A stretch of 64,000 bases of DNA from Octopus vulgaris (taxonomy: Eukaryota). Of the stretch, positions 12,978-26,045 are shown one piece after another. The number at the start of each line of letters is the position of its first letter. Positions within the stretch are counted from its first letter, which is position 1. Below the pieces are notes generated by a model. The model was given only the letters and a program-made list of their open reading frames with translations, ran no database searches and was not told the DNA's origin. The DNA is taken from assembly GCA_951406725.2 (NCBI GenBank), contig OX597818.1, positions 23,994,001-24,058,000 of the forward strand, in the 5' to 3' direction. Position numbers and translations under genes: made by a program.

Positions 12978-14271
12978 GTGTGTGTATATGTATATGTGTG
13001 TAGAAATGTGAGTGTGAATACATATATACCCATTGTACTTAAGCTAGGTACAATAGGATTAAATGTTAATGACTTTTATGGCTTTTGGCTGCCCTGAGGT
13101 TGTTTCCTTTTATTTCACATAATACAAAATATCACCTTGGTTCTTATGACCTTAATGTCAAGGCTACAGCATGTCTCCTATTCTTGCACATTCTCAACAC
13201 CAATACCAGCTATAAACTAATTTTAGACAAATAAATCTAAATAAAATAGTCATTTGATATCTTTACTTATTGCATGCCAGTTCAAGGCACACCTAATAAA
13301 ACAGAGTGTGTCTTGTCAGTCACGCTGGTAAAGACTAGATCACACAAATATTCACAGTCACATATCTTACAATAAAAGTGTTTAATGTCAGTCACACTCA
13401 AAAGGAGACTAAAAAATGAAAACATGAGTGGGAGGAAAGGGTAAGTATAAAAATATAGAGTGAGTGACTGAATTGCATACCAGCTGCCGGAGCAGCAGGT
13501 GGTTTGACAAAAAGACTGCAAATATTTGTCATTTCCAAACACATAAACAAAAACTTTGGAGCTTTTGTTTGGCCTACACTTTCCAATTGATTGTAAATTA
13601 GGTGTATTAATGTAGTTTTGTATGCTAATTATGGAAATGAAATTCATTTTTAGCATAAATAATAGAAAGCTAATAGTTTTTAAAGATCACAAATAATCAA
13701 ACTTTGAACCTCTGCAACATTTAAAGCAGCTTTTTCTGGGACAAGTGAATAACAAGATCAGATTCAGCATGAAAAATTACATCAATATACCAAATTTGAA
13801 AGTTTTCCCTCAATTTTAAACTTTCAAAAAGTGTGAGACAAACAGAAACGACATAAAATTCAAAAACGAAATATGTTATGTGATGATGGAAGTTCACACA
13901 AAGATGTATGCATGCACACACACATACAAATAATGAAACTTCTGATGGTGTCAAATAAGGGACAGAGAAAAAACAATCTTTATTGTAATAGTGTATATTA
14001 ACTTCTTTTTGTTGTTGTTCTGTGTTCACTCATTTATTTCAATAAATTTGGTAATTTTTTAATAAAAAAAAACAAACAAAACAAAAAGAACATTGTTTAA
14101 AAGATCTGTCACTTGATACAAGGAAATGAGCAAGACGACATTCAACCCCAACACCAAAACATGTTGCCAGTCATTGTAGAAAAACACTATTTCAAGCAGA
14201 AGTAAAACAATACTTAAATATCTAATTTTATAAGAGAGTATTGTAGTTTGCTTGAAGCATTGTGTATTGTT

Positions 14272-14793
14272 TGTAAACAATAATAATAAACAGTAATGTG
14301 TTTTGAATGGTACAACAATGCACTATAATAACTGGTGTAATTTAATCATCCATAGTCTGATATAATATTTCGGAATATAAAAATTCCTACTTCAGATATC
14401 CCTAGAGATTGATTGATCAATCCCTACGGATATCTGAAGAAGGAATTTTTATATTCTGAAATATTATATCAGATTATGGATGATTAAATCACATGAGTTA
14501 TTACTGCCCACTGTTGTTATTATAGTGCAGGGGTGGGCAAACTTTTTTGATCGCGGGCCGCACAGTGCGTCTTTGGAATCTTGGCGGGCCTCATTTATAA
14601 AAATCAAGTGAAAATATTGTGAATTACCGTACAGTTACGAAGTATCTGCATAGAAGTTGGGATTCATAAAAGCTCTCGGCGGGCCGCATGAAAACCTATG
14701 GCGGGCCGTAGTTTGCCCACCCCTGTTATAGTGCATTGTTGTATTGTTGTGCCATTCAAAACACATTATTGCTATTTATTATTATTGTTTACA
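14272..14793. mobile_element. Fold-back (inverted pLTR-like) element with paired hammerhead motifs
   Basis: Long imperfect palindrome centred near 14414; the right arm is interrupted by a hAT MITE. Confidence 0.75.
14528..14725. mobile_element. hAT-family MITE
   Basis: TIR caggggtgggcaaac / gtttgcccacccctg with 8-bp TSD ttatagtg (14520-14527 and 14726-14733). Confidence 0.92.
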
Positions 14794-14913
14794 TATAATT
14801 TTATATTTTTAATTTCACACACACAAATATATACTTTTTGTTTGATTTTGCAAGCTTCCATTTCCTGTGGTTGTTTCCAAGTAAAGGAGAGGACATCTAC
14901 ACGCACACATCTG

Positions 14914-14953
<40 letters not shown>

Positions 14954-14971
14954 TATATTTATATAAATATA

Positions 14972-15290
14972 TAAGGCTGGCAACTAATTTCCTGCCGTTT
15001 TTTAAAATTTAAATTTTATAAAAGGTTAAAAAAAACAAACTAATTAATCAATAATGTATTCACCCTTGTTGTTTACAACTTCTTCCCAACATTCAACAAG
15101 ATTTTCAATACCTCATTGGTAGAAATCACCCGATTTCGACTCAAAAAACTGATCCAACCAAGATCTCAATTCTGCATCAGTATTGAACGAAACTCCATGC
15201 ATAACATTTGAAAGAGATCGAAAGAGGTGGAAATCCATTGGTGCCAAATCAGGGAGTATGGTGGGTGTGGCAGCACTTCCCAGCCATCCA
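14972..15290 (-). mobile_element. mariner transposase 3' fragment with TIR
   Basis: Minus translation HPPYSPDLAPMDFHLFRSLSN...GIENLVECWEEVVNNKGEYI. Confidence 0.85.
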
Positions 15291-15638
15291 TGATATATAT
15301 ATATATATATATTATATATCTCTTTTACTCTTACTTGTTTCAGTCATTTGACTGCAACCATGCTGGAGCACCACCTTTAGTCGAGCAAATCGACCCCAGG
15401 ACTTATTCTTTGTAAGCCTAGTACGCTAAGTTACGAGGATGTAAACACACCAGCATCGGTGGTCAAGTGATGTTGGGGGGACAAACACAAACACACACAT
15501 ATATACGATGGGCTTCTTTCAGTTTCCGTCTACCAAATCCACTCACAAGGCTTTGGTCAGCCCGAGGCTATAGTAGAAGACACTTGCCCAAGGTGCCACG
15601 CAGTGAGACTGATATACATATATATGTATATTATATAC

Positions 15639-15672
<34 letters not shown>

Positions 15673-15776
15673 TATAATAATAATAACAAGAGGGAATATT
15701 ATTCCAAACTTACACGGAAATATTCAATTTAAAAATACTAAATAAAATTTCACAAAATATAATATATAGTATGATC

Positions 15777-16757
15777 TGATGGATGTGTAATGTCAGTGTG
15801 CATACTCGACAGAGTGTAAGTATCTTGAGAGAAATGTTGGACCTAAGAGGCATCAGATGTGGTGTGCAAGAGAGAAAACTGCACTGGTATGGTCATGTGG
15901 CGAGAATGGAGGAGGATGGTTGTGTGAAAAAGTGCCACACCCTAGCAGTTGAGGGAATCTGTGGAAGAGGTAAACTCAGGAAGACCTGGGATGAAGTGGT
16001 GAAGCACGACCTTCGAACATAAAGCCTCACTAAGGAAATGACTAGCGACCGAAAGTTTTGGAAATATGCTGTGCTTGAGAAGACCCGGCAAGCCAAATGA
16101 GACCATAACCTGTGGCCTATGCCAGGAATGTAACCAGCCCACCTATGCGTACCTTTTCCTTCCTTGGACACTAAACTCTGCTTGCGAAGACCTGTTGAGG
16201 CAAGTGAAATCAAAATCACATTCAATGACTGGCATCCATACTAGCGGGTGCAAAGAGCTCCATACGAGCATAATCGTGACAGAGCGGCTAACTGGCTTCT
16301 GTGCCAGTGGCACATAAAAGGCACCATTCGAGTGTGATCGTTACCAGCCTCGCCTCACTGGCACTTGTGCCTGTGCTAGTAGGGTGCTAAGAGCACCATC
16401 CGAGCGTGATCATTGCCAGAGCAGTCAACTGGCTTCCGTGCCGGTGGCACATAAAAGGGCACCATTCGAGTGTGATTGTTACCAACGTCACCTTACTGGC
16501 ACCTGTGCTGGTGGCATTTGTAAAAAGATTCGAGCAAGGTCGTTGCCAGTACCGCCTGACTGGCCCCCATGCCGGTGGCCCGTAAAAAGCACCCATTACA
16601 CTCTCGGAGTGGTTGGCGTTAGGAAGAGCATCCAGCTGTAGAAACTCTGCCAAATCAAGATTGGAGCCTGGTGCAGCCATCTGGTTCGCCAGCCCTCAGT
16701 CAAAATCATCCAGCCCATGCTAGCATGGAAAGCGAACATTAAACGATGATGATGACG
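15777..16757 (+). mobile_element. RTE LINE 3' fragment
   Basis: MCNVSVHTRQ...WYGHVARM...GRGK; (atg)n tail. Confidence 0.88.
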
Positions 16758-16874
16758 ATACATACACACATATAAGAATGAATGAATGAACATGATATTT
16801 TAATTCCAATTAAAGATTTTCAACCAAAATCTGGGATAATAGACATTTAAAGAGACAAAAATGATTACACTTAC

Positions 16875-17048
16875 CAGTTGACCATAGGCAGCAGCTCTGT
16901 TTTGATAAAATGTAGCCAGTTGCAGTTTGTTATCTGAACACAGAGAAATTGCTTTGGTGTATGACTCAATTGCTTCATTGTATTTACCACTTTTGAAAAA
17001 TACATTACCTTCTTCTTTTGCCTTAAGAGCAGATTCTGTGCTGGACAT
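16875..17048 (-). CDS. TOMM70: TOMM70 exon 2 (TPR1-2)
   Basis: tttcag|ATG...CTG|gtaag, 174 nt. AKEEGNVFFKSGKYNEAIESYTKAI...FYQNRAAAY is the Hsp70/Hsp90 carboxylate-clamp TPR. Confidence 0.95.
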
Positions 17049-18199
17049 CTGAAATAGAAAATTCAATTTCAAACTTATCTGACAGTTATTCTGTGAATAC
17101 TATATATATATATATATGGTATCAAGTCAACAGGTGCCTGATGTAAAGCCCAAATTAGCCATTATATGTTGAAATCCTTGAAATATAGTCTATGTTAAAT
17201 TCGTAATTCTGTATTTCTTCACATAAATTTAGTATATAAAAGTATATGCAAAGAGATACAAGAGAAGATATGTTCACTGCCCAGGAGATTAGCACAGTAG
17301 CTGTAACAAGGTTTAAGTTCAATAATTTAGTCTTTCAACCATTGCATACCATTAAACCCCTTGTTGCCTTAAAATACTCTTGTCATTATAAACCTGGTGT
17401 TTGGAATGTAAATTAAAGTGAAAATTTGATGGAATGTTTTGATTTAGATCACTTTAACCCTTTCGTTACTGTATTTATTTTGAGATGCTCTGTGTTTCTT
17501 TTAATTACTTTAAAACAAAGAATTTAGTAAAATAACTTAGTTATCATTAAGCTCGTGTTAGGAACATAAATTGTGACTAAGGTTTGGTGGAAGATTTTAA
17601 TTCAAAACTTATGAAAACAAGACATTTGTACTCAGAACCAGCCGGGCTGGTAACAAAAGGGTTAAACAAATTTGTATCATCAGGCAGGTTGGTATCAAAA
17701 GGGTAATTGATCAACATTGCTTGAATGTTGTTCAGAGTACCTTAGAAGAGGCGGTAAGCTCTGATCTGTCCAGCTGAGACAGCAATGCAATTTCAATTCC
17801 CAGTTGAAAGCCAATTTACTTTGTCACTTAAACACTTGGAAAAACCACAAAATATATGAATATTCCCCTCCTAAACACATAGGACCATTGTGTAAATAGA
17901 GATTGAATGGTTGTTTTTATTTCCTGGTACAGCTTTGCCCATACATACAATTTTATGAAGACTAAAATTAATAACAAAACTTTTGGAATTAAGATCTGAG
18001 AAAAAATTATTAAAAATCCACCCGGATATCAAGACAATGAAACAATAGTGATTAAATAGCCATTATTATCAACTAATGATGATGAATCAAAGCAACATAT
18101 GATACATTTTTATTATATTTCTTATGAACAGGATTCTTTTTTTTTTTTTTGTAACCTTCATAATTATCATTTAACATCTCACTTCCATTCAGGGATAGG

Positions 18200-19312
18200 T
18201 CATGCAGGCAGATGGTATCCCACCTAAACTTCTCAATCTTATCAAAGCTTATTACTGCTCAACAAGATTCCATGTACGGTGAAGTGTTGGAACCCTTTGA
18301 AATACGGTCTGGCATTCGGCAAGGATGTGTTCTTTCACCAACTCTTTTCAATTATGCCATCAACTGGATCACCACAAATGCATTAAGGGAGTTCCCCGGT
18401 GTCACTGTTGGTCACAACTTTTCCATCAAGGATCTAGACTACGCAGATGACATTGCGATACTTGGCGAAACATTTGCTGATGTTCAGTTTGCTATCAATG
18501 AGCTGCAGCGTGTTGCATCACAGATTGGTATGAAAGTCAATGCTTCGAATACCAAAATCCTCACAGCCGGCTTCGCCCCACCAGACAAAACACCCATTGT
18601 CCTCAATGGTGATATTCTTGAAGAGGTTAAGAGTTTCAAATACCTTGGCGCCATCATTACAGCTACAGGTCAAGGTGAGGCTGACATTAAAACACAAATC
18701 GACCTCGCCTGCCAAGCCTTCAACCAACTCAATGCACGACTCTGGTCAAGATTTGAGATCCAATGCACCACCAAAGTACGGATCTACCAAGCACTAGTGT
18801 GAACGGTTCTCCTTTATGGCAGCAAGTCATGGCCGATGAGGGTGGAAGATATTAAGTGACTAGAATCCTTCGATTACCTCTGTCTACACCGCAGCCTTCG
18901 TGTCTAATGGCACCACTTTGTCTCCAACAATTCGGTGTGACACCAGTGCAAAATCACCTCCCTCCGACAAGTCATCCTAATGAGACGTCTGCATTGGCTG
19001 GGTCATGCCCTCCGACATCAACCAGGAGAATTCATCTACGAAGCAATTGCCCCAGCTCCCCTTCAGGGTTGGTGAAAGCGATGTGGTGGGCAACGAAAAA
19101 CCTGGCTGATGACAGTCAAGGCTGATCTGGAACCCAACCTAGGCCCCAATATCTACGGCATTCACCGCTGGAATAAGGAGTGGTTGGAGATCACGTGGTC
19201 GTTAACCTCAAATTGCCAAGTTTGGTCGGCGTTTGTGAGAGATGCAGCATTGAGGATGAATGAAGCCAGCTCAACCCACCCCGGGTGAATGCTGTCTCAA
19301 GACAAGACAAGA
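18200..19312 (+). mobile_element. 5'-truncated RTE-clade LINE (RT)
   Basis: GIRQGCVLSP...LDYADD...FKYLG; (caaga)n tail; 9-bp TSD agggatagg at 18191 and 19313. Confidence 0.9.
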
Positions 19313-22300
19313 AGGGATAGGGGTGGATAGTTTGACAGGGTCTGACAAATCAGAAGACTACTTTATGCATTAATGTCTACTTTGGCAAAGTTTCAATGAT
19401 CGGATGTCCTTCTTAATGCGAGTCACTTAAGGGTGTATTAGGCACATTTTTGTGGAACCAGCACTAGTGATGATTAAGTCATACCTTGCAAAGTGTCCGC
19501 TACAGCTGTGGAAGAACAGAAGAGATTGTGGGTGGTCTCAGTGAGAATGAAGGATAGTAAAAGAGGATGAGCAAGTACAGCAAACAACAAGGGATTAGCA
19601 CCAGACATAAAAAGGTAGAAATAAAGTTGAAAAAGTGATAGGGTAGGTTGTGTATGGAGGTGGGGTCTAGGGTTATCCAACATTATACGGAAAACATCAG
19701 AATGTGAGAGATAGATGGGAAGGAAGCTGTAGTCTAGGCTGGAGAGAAATCCAGATTCAAAGGAAAGAGAGGTGAGGGGGTACATACATGTAGGCTGGAA
19801 GGGGAAAAATAAGAAGGGGTGATGAGATGGCAGTGAGAGAAAAAGAAGCAGAGGGACAAGAAATAGCTGCTGTAGGATACCAGAGACAGGCAGAATAGAC
19901 AGAACAGAGTGTGAATGTCATGAAAGCAGTGTAGATGAGGAGGCAATAGAGACAGTGAATGAGTGCAACAAGGAAAAGAAAGGCAAGAGAATACCCTAGA
20001 AGTATAAAGTCAGGTTGTGAGATAAAGACAAGAGGTATAGTTGGGTTGCAATAGAGGTAATTTGGGAGAGAGTGTGCTCTGAGTGATGGTCAGTGAGGTG
20101 GGTTTGGTGGATACTAGTTTGCTAGTTACAAGATCAGTGATTACACTGTATTCTATATACTGCAAGTGTGGTCACACTAATGCCATACCTGGCAAACGAG
20201 TGTCCACCACTGAAGTGATCCAATAAGATCGAAATCTCATGATCTGGTGGTCTCACTTGCAATGAATATTGAGTGCAAGGGCACACTGAATAAATCAGTT
20301 GGAGATGTCTTCCTGAGGTTAAAATACCAGAGAACACCCATGTTAAAGTGGTCATAAACACTACACACAATTATTAATGTCCATTTTTTCATGCTTGCAT
20401 GGATCAGATGGATTTTGTGGATGCCCTTTTTGTTAAATAAGGTAATATTTCCCTGTTGTTTGGATATGCTTTCACAGAAGACTGAAAACGAAAGACATTG
20501 CTATATGTTTACAAAATTAACTTCTTTCAGTTTCTGTCTACCAAATCCAGTCACAAAGCTTTGATTTGCCCAAAGCTATAGTAAAAGACACATGCTCGAT
20601 GTCCCGTGCAGTGGAGCTGAATATGAAACTGTGTGGTTGGGAATCAAGCTTCTTAACCACTCAGCCATGCCTGATATTTTTCATCAAAATTTCATGGTAT
20701 GTTCCAAACATCAGTTTATTAATGACAAAAGTTATTTAGTGTGCGTTTTCCACGAGGAGAAGGATCTTCTAAAGAACTTAGTAAAGATAATTAGTGTAAT
20801 CTTTGAAAAAAATATATTTGCAAAATTTCATCTTATATTTGAAATCCAAACTCTCAAAACGAGCAAGATCAACAGATTTCATTTGATCAGAGCAAAATTC
20901 AAAAATGTAAAGAAAGCAAATAGCACTTATTACTTATGCCAATGGCATTTCCATAATTATTACATTCTTATAACTTACATCAATATTCTAAAACATTGGA
21001 TGACTACAACGCGCCCTTGTCATGCTGGTGTTTTTAATAGATTTGCACAATATTTCAAAGTAATCTAATCTTCGTTTGCAAAAACCAAGATAGCAAAGTA
21101 TATAGACGACAGAAAATCAAAAAAATTCTTTGCTGCTTGAAGCTTTTGGATTCTCCATTGATTCATCTTTCAGATTTTGATACAATCGACTACAAGCGTT
21201 CTATGAAAGTAAACTTGTCCCAAGTAAAACAACATATTGTACGACACGTAAATTGTTCTTATATTTAGCACCGACTAAAAAACATTCGCGATTTTTTGAC
21301 GACGCTGCAAAATAGATTCAACAAATTTTCAAGAATAGTATTTAAATGACAGAATGCTTACAAACTGAAAACATTAGCCTTCTACTAATATGACTATTTG
21401 GGTTAAATTGTGCCTATTAACCAGTGTTGAACAAAAGGCTAGTAATTAAAATCTACTTGAAAAATATAATTGCTACAATATCCCACTGACTAAATTCCAT
21501 ACTATTCTATCGATTAATAATTTATTCAGTTCCCCCACCCTCATTCACACACGATCTGTTGTGACATTTCAAGAAATTAACATAATGGCTTTCACATTCT
21601 CTGAAACGGTTATATATATGATTGATAAACCTGTTTCTATTGGGAAAATTTTTTATGAACCACCTGTCAGATTCAATTAAATATACCTAACTTGTCGGTT
21701 TATTCAGCACAACCAAGCCAAAGCAATAATGGACATTATCACATGCCTTGACATAGAACTTCACTAAAACATGAAAGCTATCGAAACACAACTCTATCAA
21801 TTTCGCTCGCCAGTGCCAGAGTAAAATCTTCCGGTGTTTCCAGTCTGTTTTTTCGGTTTCGTTTCTGGCTGTAATAATTTCGTTTCACTTTCGTCGCTCA
21901 TGCCCTTGAGACGCACATGCATTGACACTATCTTAAAAAATTACTGAATTACAGATAGTTTCATCGCATAACTTAAGGTTGCTGCATATTGCATCTTATT
22001 TTTTTAATCATTATTTATTTCAAACTATTAGATTTTTGAAACAAAAAGATTGTGTACCTATTTCTTCTGAAGTACTCCCAATCACATTCAATAGTTCTGT
22101 TTCGATTCATTCCAAGAAATATTTTGCTTTCAGTTTAGTTGTACGGTATAAAAGTAAACGTATTAATAGATAACTATCGTTTCAAGAGATTTTACTTAGA
22201 TATTTGTATCAAGAATATGAAATAGCTTAGGGAAGAAATGCTGTTTTGTTTACAAAACTGCTAGAAATAGCAGCCAAATCTTTCAAATCATACCCTGCTG

Positions 22301-22855
22301 TCGGCCTGGCGCTTAACAACCCAATTTCGTTAAAGACCGTGTTTAAGAATAGTTACTGTGAACTTCGAAATTAATCTTTTATAGTCTTAAGACGCTAGAG
22401 ATAAAGTAAAATACAATGTGAATAATTAAATCTGCTCCAGAACAGAGGTCACACGAAACTCTTGTCGAGGTCAAGTCACAGATTACTGATTAAAACATTG
22501 CTAATTGTGTATATTGGGGGGAAAAGGAGAAAACGAAACAAAAAGAACTCGTTAACCACCAGAAATATGTATGAGTGACACTTGGGGGATATCTTTACTA
22601 TCGATTGAATATTTCAAGAATGTATACACACACATATATATATATAATTTTATCACTCGCAGACGTGTTACCACTACCGCTAACAAAATAATTCGTAATT
22701 TGCATATTTAGAAAACCAAATGAATAACGATTGTGAAAAATGGTTCGTTACAATTTCCTTACAAAGCCATATGTGCTACTTAACAGAGAAAGCTAAACAA
22801 AACTCACTACCAAAATTAGATATTGTTTACGTAATGGGAAAAGAAGTACACAAAC

Positions 22856-23116
22856 CTCATTTGATTTCTTGGGAGTATCTTTCTTCGAGGTCTCTGTTTT
22901 GGGAGATGTAGCGTAGTTGTTTATTTTCAGGTCGTTGTTGTTCTTGGCACTTTTCACGTGTTTTCCTTTCTTATTGTAATACACTAAACCAGCCAGACCT
23001 AGCGTGACCGGGGCTCCAAGTAACAAGGCTATTTGCCATTTGGACAGCCCTTCAAATTGCTTTCGTACAACTTCATGTAACATATCAAGACGAAGATTGA
23101 CTTTCTTCAGCGCCAT
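22856..23116 (-). CDS. TOMM70: TOMM70 coding exon 1 (N-terminal signal-anchor)
   Basis: ATG at 23116 with an in-frame TAG upstream. MALKK...LSKWQIALLLGAPVTLGLAGLVYY matches the Tom70 WQ-x-ALxxGAP transmembrane anchor. Donor GAG|gtttg, phase 0. Confidence 0.9.
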
Positions 23117-24224
23117 GACAGCCAACACACGTGCCTATCTACCACTCTCATTCTGTATGAGAATCTCGTTGTGCATGTCTTGGCATGAGTTACACAGGCT
23201 CACTACGTTTTCTATTTGCTTGTAGTCTCGCAATTAAATGTAAAAGAACGAAGATAAAACCTACAATTCGGTCAGAGCAGTTATACACAGATACAATTAA
23301 AATATATTTAGCTTCAAAATATTTCAATTAGGATTTGCGGTGTCAGGCCCAACGACTTTTGACCGTAAGCACTAGAACAATCAACATAGCTATAATTTAC
23401 TATTTATGTACTAATTATTGCTGTAATGAGCAGGAACAGTGCATAGTTGACGTTTCGTTAGCTTACTGCCCAGAAATCACTTTCTGTTGTAAATTTAAAG
23501 CCTTAAGTTTGATAGGGACTTTGATATTTAATAGGTGGAATTTCGGATCAGGACGCCCACAAAGTTGGATTTTCCCAATTTTTATTTCATCACGGACGTC
23601 GTAAATGCTGAGGGGAAGGGTTTTATGAATACAATTTTTGAAAATTTATAATTATTTTTCATCTCTTCTCCGGACCGATTTTCGTCAATCTTTTTGCACT
23701 ACACACTTAAAAATGATGGAAGAAGCCATTTCGAAAGAAAAATATTTTGAAAATATTTTCAGACGGAAAGGTGGGTGATTTAAGAAGGATTTAACTGGTG
23801 TTTCTAACATGTCCTACGACCACCAGGTACCTTCCTCGTCTCTTCGTCACTCTGATAACGTGTATTGATGCTTTTCAATATTTTTCTCCCCATAAGCACA
23901 TTTTGTTTAGCCCAAGGGTGACCCATTGCTAGGATTTAAGAAACAAAAACTGATTTAAATTATTAAACCTTCACCCCCATACCAAGTGAGTCCGTGCGTG
24001 CGCGTAACAAAAAAACTTATTTACTAATAGAAAAGTATTTTTTAAAAATAAATTCTTTTACATACATTTTTAAAATCACTTGTTAAATCCAGCAATGACC
24101 TTTTCAGGCTCTCCAATATTTTAAAATTATAAACAAGGTGTGTGTGTGTGTGTAGTGGGGATGGAGGTGCTTGAAAAAATCATACATTTTCAAAATTTTT
24201 ATTATACCATATTTTTCTGTTTAA

Positions 24225-24595
24225 GATAGTTTTTTTTTTCTTCAATTTCAACCAATCAATGACGTCTATTGAGGTGAAAACATTCTGTGCTGTATGAATA
24301 TGTCCCTCGTTAAAGATTTATTTACATTTCTGAATAAAAAGATACCCTTCCCTCCACCCCTAACCCTAAAACAGATTGAAATGCAATAGATCGATACTAG
24401 GGTCATAATTATGGGTGACAATTTCATATGACACCGCTAGAAAAAACTGTCGTTCAAACCGAAAAGATCTGAATTTTCTCAATAAAGCCGAGAGAAAAGA
24501 TGCTTTATAAACACATTCTACCAGTATACGAAGTTTAAAAGTGTTTAGTTACATGGAAATTATTTAAAAAAACTGCTGTTCAAACCGAAAAGATC
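24225..24595. repeat. Interspersed repeat with duplicated ttcaaaccgaaaagatc terminus and ccctaaccctaa motif
   Basis: Direct repeats at 24442-24468 and 24567-24595; accgaaaagatc also occurs at 34137. Confidence 0.55.
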
Positions 24596-24932
24596 CCCAA
24601 GTTCGGCAAGCCTGGTGGCAATACGAATTCACTTGCTGCCACTGGTTGGCAGACTGATGCTTGAGGTACATCAAGTGGTTTCTAGCACCGGAAGCTTGAA
24701 TTACAAAGGGTTTGTCCTAGAGAACAGTTCCAGTTACTTTCGGGTATCCCCTCGTTCTGCAGACAATTTATCTGATACTCTTCTACTCTGGACAATCCAT
24801 TGCGCCAAAGCATTATTATTCCTGCTGTATTAAAAATAAATTAATAAATAACCCATTTCATTTATTTATAAATATATCTTATATATTTCTGGTTTTATTA
24901 ACTTCTTTCAGAAAAATATATTTGCAAGATTA

Positions 24933-25159
24933 TTAACCTTTTAGCAATTAAACTGGCCATATCTGGCCCAAATAGTCCACCTGTCTTATATTCAAACTGA
25001 CCAGATCCAACCTCTCACACCTATTCTACAATGTCATTGTAAAAATAAACAATCATATCATTAAAATTTCAAAGCTATGAAATAATGTCTGATTAATTCA
25101 AAACAATATGAATAAATAGGCATTACATTTGACAGAGTAATCTGAATGCTAAAGGGTTA
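24933..25159. mobile_element. TTAA-flanked (piggyBac-like) MITE; related copies at 48372-48598, ~27385-27597 and 17454-17665
   Basis: ttaacc(c)tttagca ... tgctaaagggtta termini, repeated. Confidence 0.75.
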
Positions 25160-25277
25160 CTCAAACTAAAATGCTTCTGAAAAGTCTACCAAAGGAACCC
25201 CATCAGATTATATTCAATTCTTTCATCCTCTGTACAATTGCTGTAGCGGATGCTTAGTGAAATTCTCTCTCTCTCTC

Positions 25278-26045
25278 TGTTATATATAACATAAATATGG
25301 GCGTAGCAGATAACAGCTAGCCTTCGTCTGTTTGGACCCTGTTGTGTCCACTACGCTGATTGGTTGGTATTGGTGCAATTTGTCTCTTGCTCTATTATGC
25401 GCCAATGTGCAACCCAACCAATTGCAGCCTTCTGATAAGGTCCCATGACACAGTCTTCTAAATTCTCCGTTGGAGCCTCCTAGTTACTATAAAAAGCTAG
25501 ATCAACAAACTGTATTTCGTCTTTGGTTCTAGACCTTCTAAGATCTAACCACTGACCACAGAGCACACAGCCAGTTCCAGCGACTACACAAGCAACAACA
25601 TGGAGAAACATCAACACTTCAGCTAGCAGCATTCAGGACCTCCATCACCATCGCCTTCATCTTATCGACACCACAAACATCTCTCTATGTATACAGCAAC
25701 ATTCACTCAGGTTTAACTCCTCACTGTTTGTGAATTACTTCACTGTGGTTAACAGCAAGCTCAACCTGCGAGATCTTCCTTATCAAGTAACTGGCACAGC
25801 ATAGTAGCCACAACTTCTTGTTACAGCACTTCAACTATTGTGTACCTTACTACGAACTGGTATTTATTTTCATTGTGTCTGAACTTCTAGCGTCCTGTTA
25901 TAGACTCTTTCTATGCTCTGTATTTTATCTCACACACATACACATTATGTATGCATGACAGCCTGTCTATTATTATTGTTCTTATTATATATGTAACTTA
26001 TGTCGCACACTCTGCTAATACCTAAATAAAACCTTTCTCTTAACA
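25278..26045 (+). mobile_element. Probable solo LTR
   Basis: TGTTA...TAACA termini, TATAAAA near 25488, AATAAA near 26025, GC content above the flanks. The TSD is obscured by a (CT)n run. Confidence 0.55.

Noticed and set aside
21796-21901. 34-aa minus ORF MSDESETKLLQ... in TOMM70 intron 1
   Set aside because: It is short, with no recognisable homology or splice support.
24357-24370. Telomere-like ccctaaccctaa
   Set aside because: Only two units, internal to an interspersed repeat.
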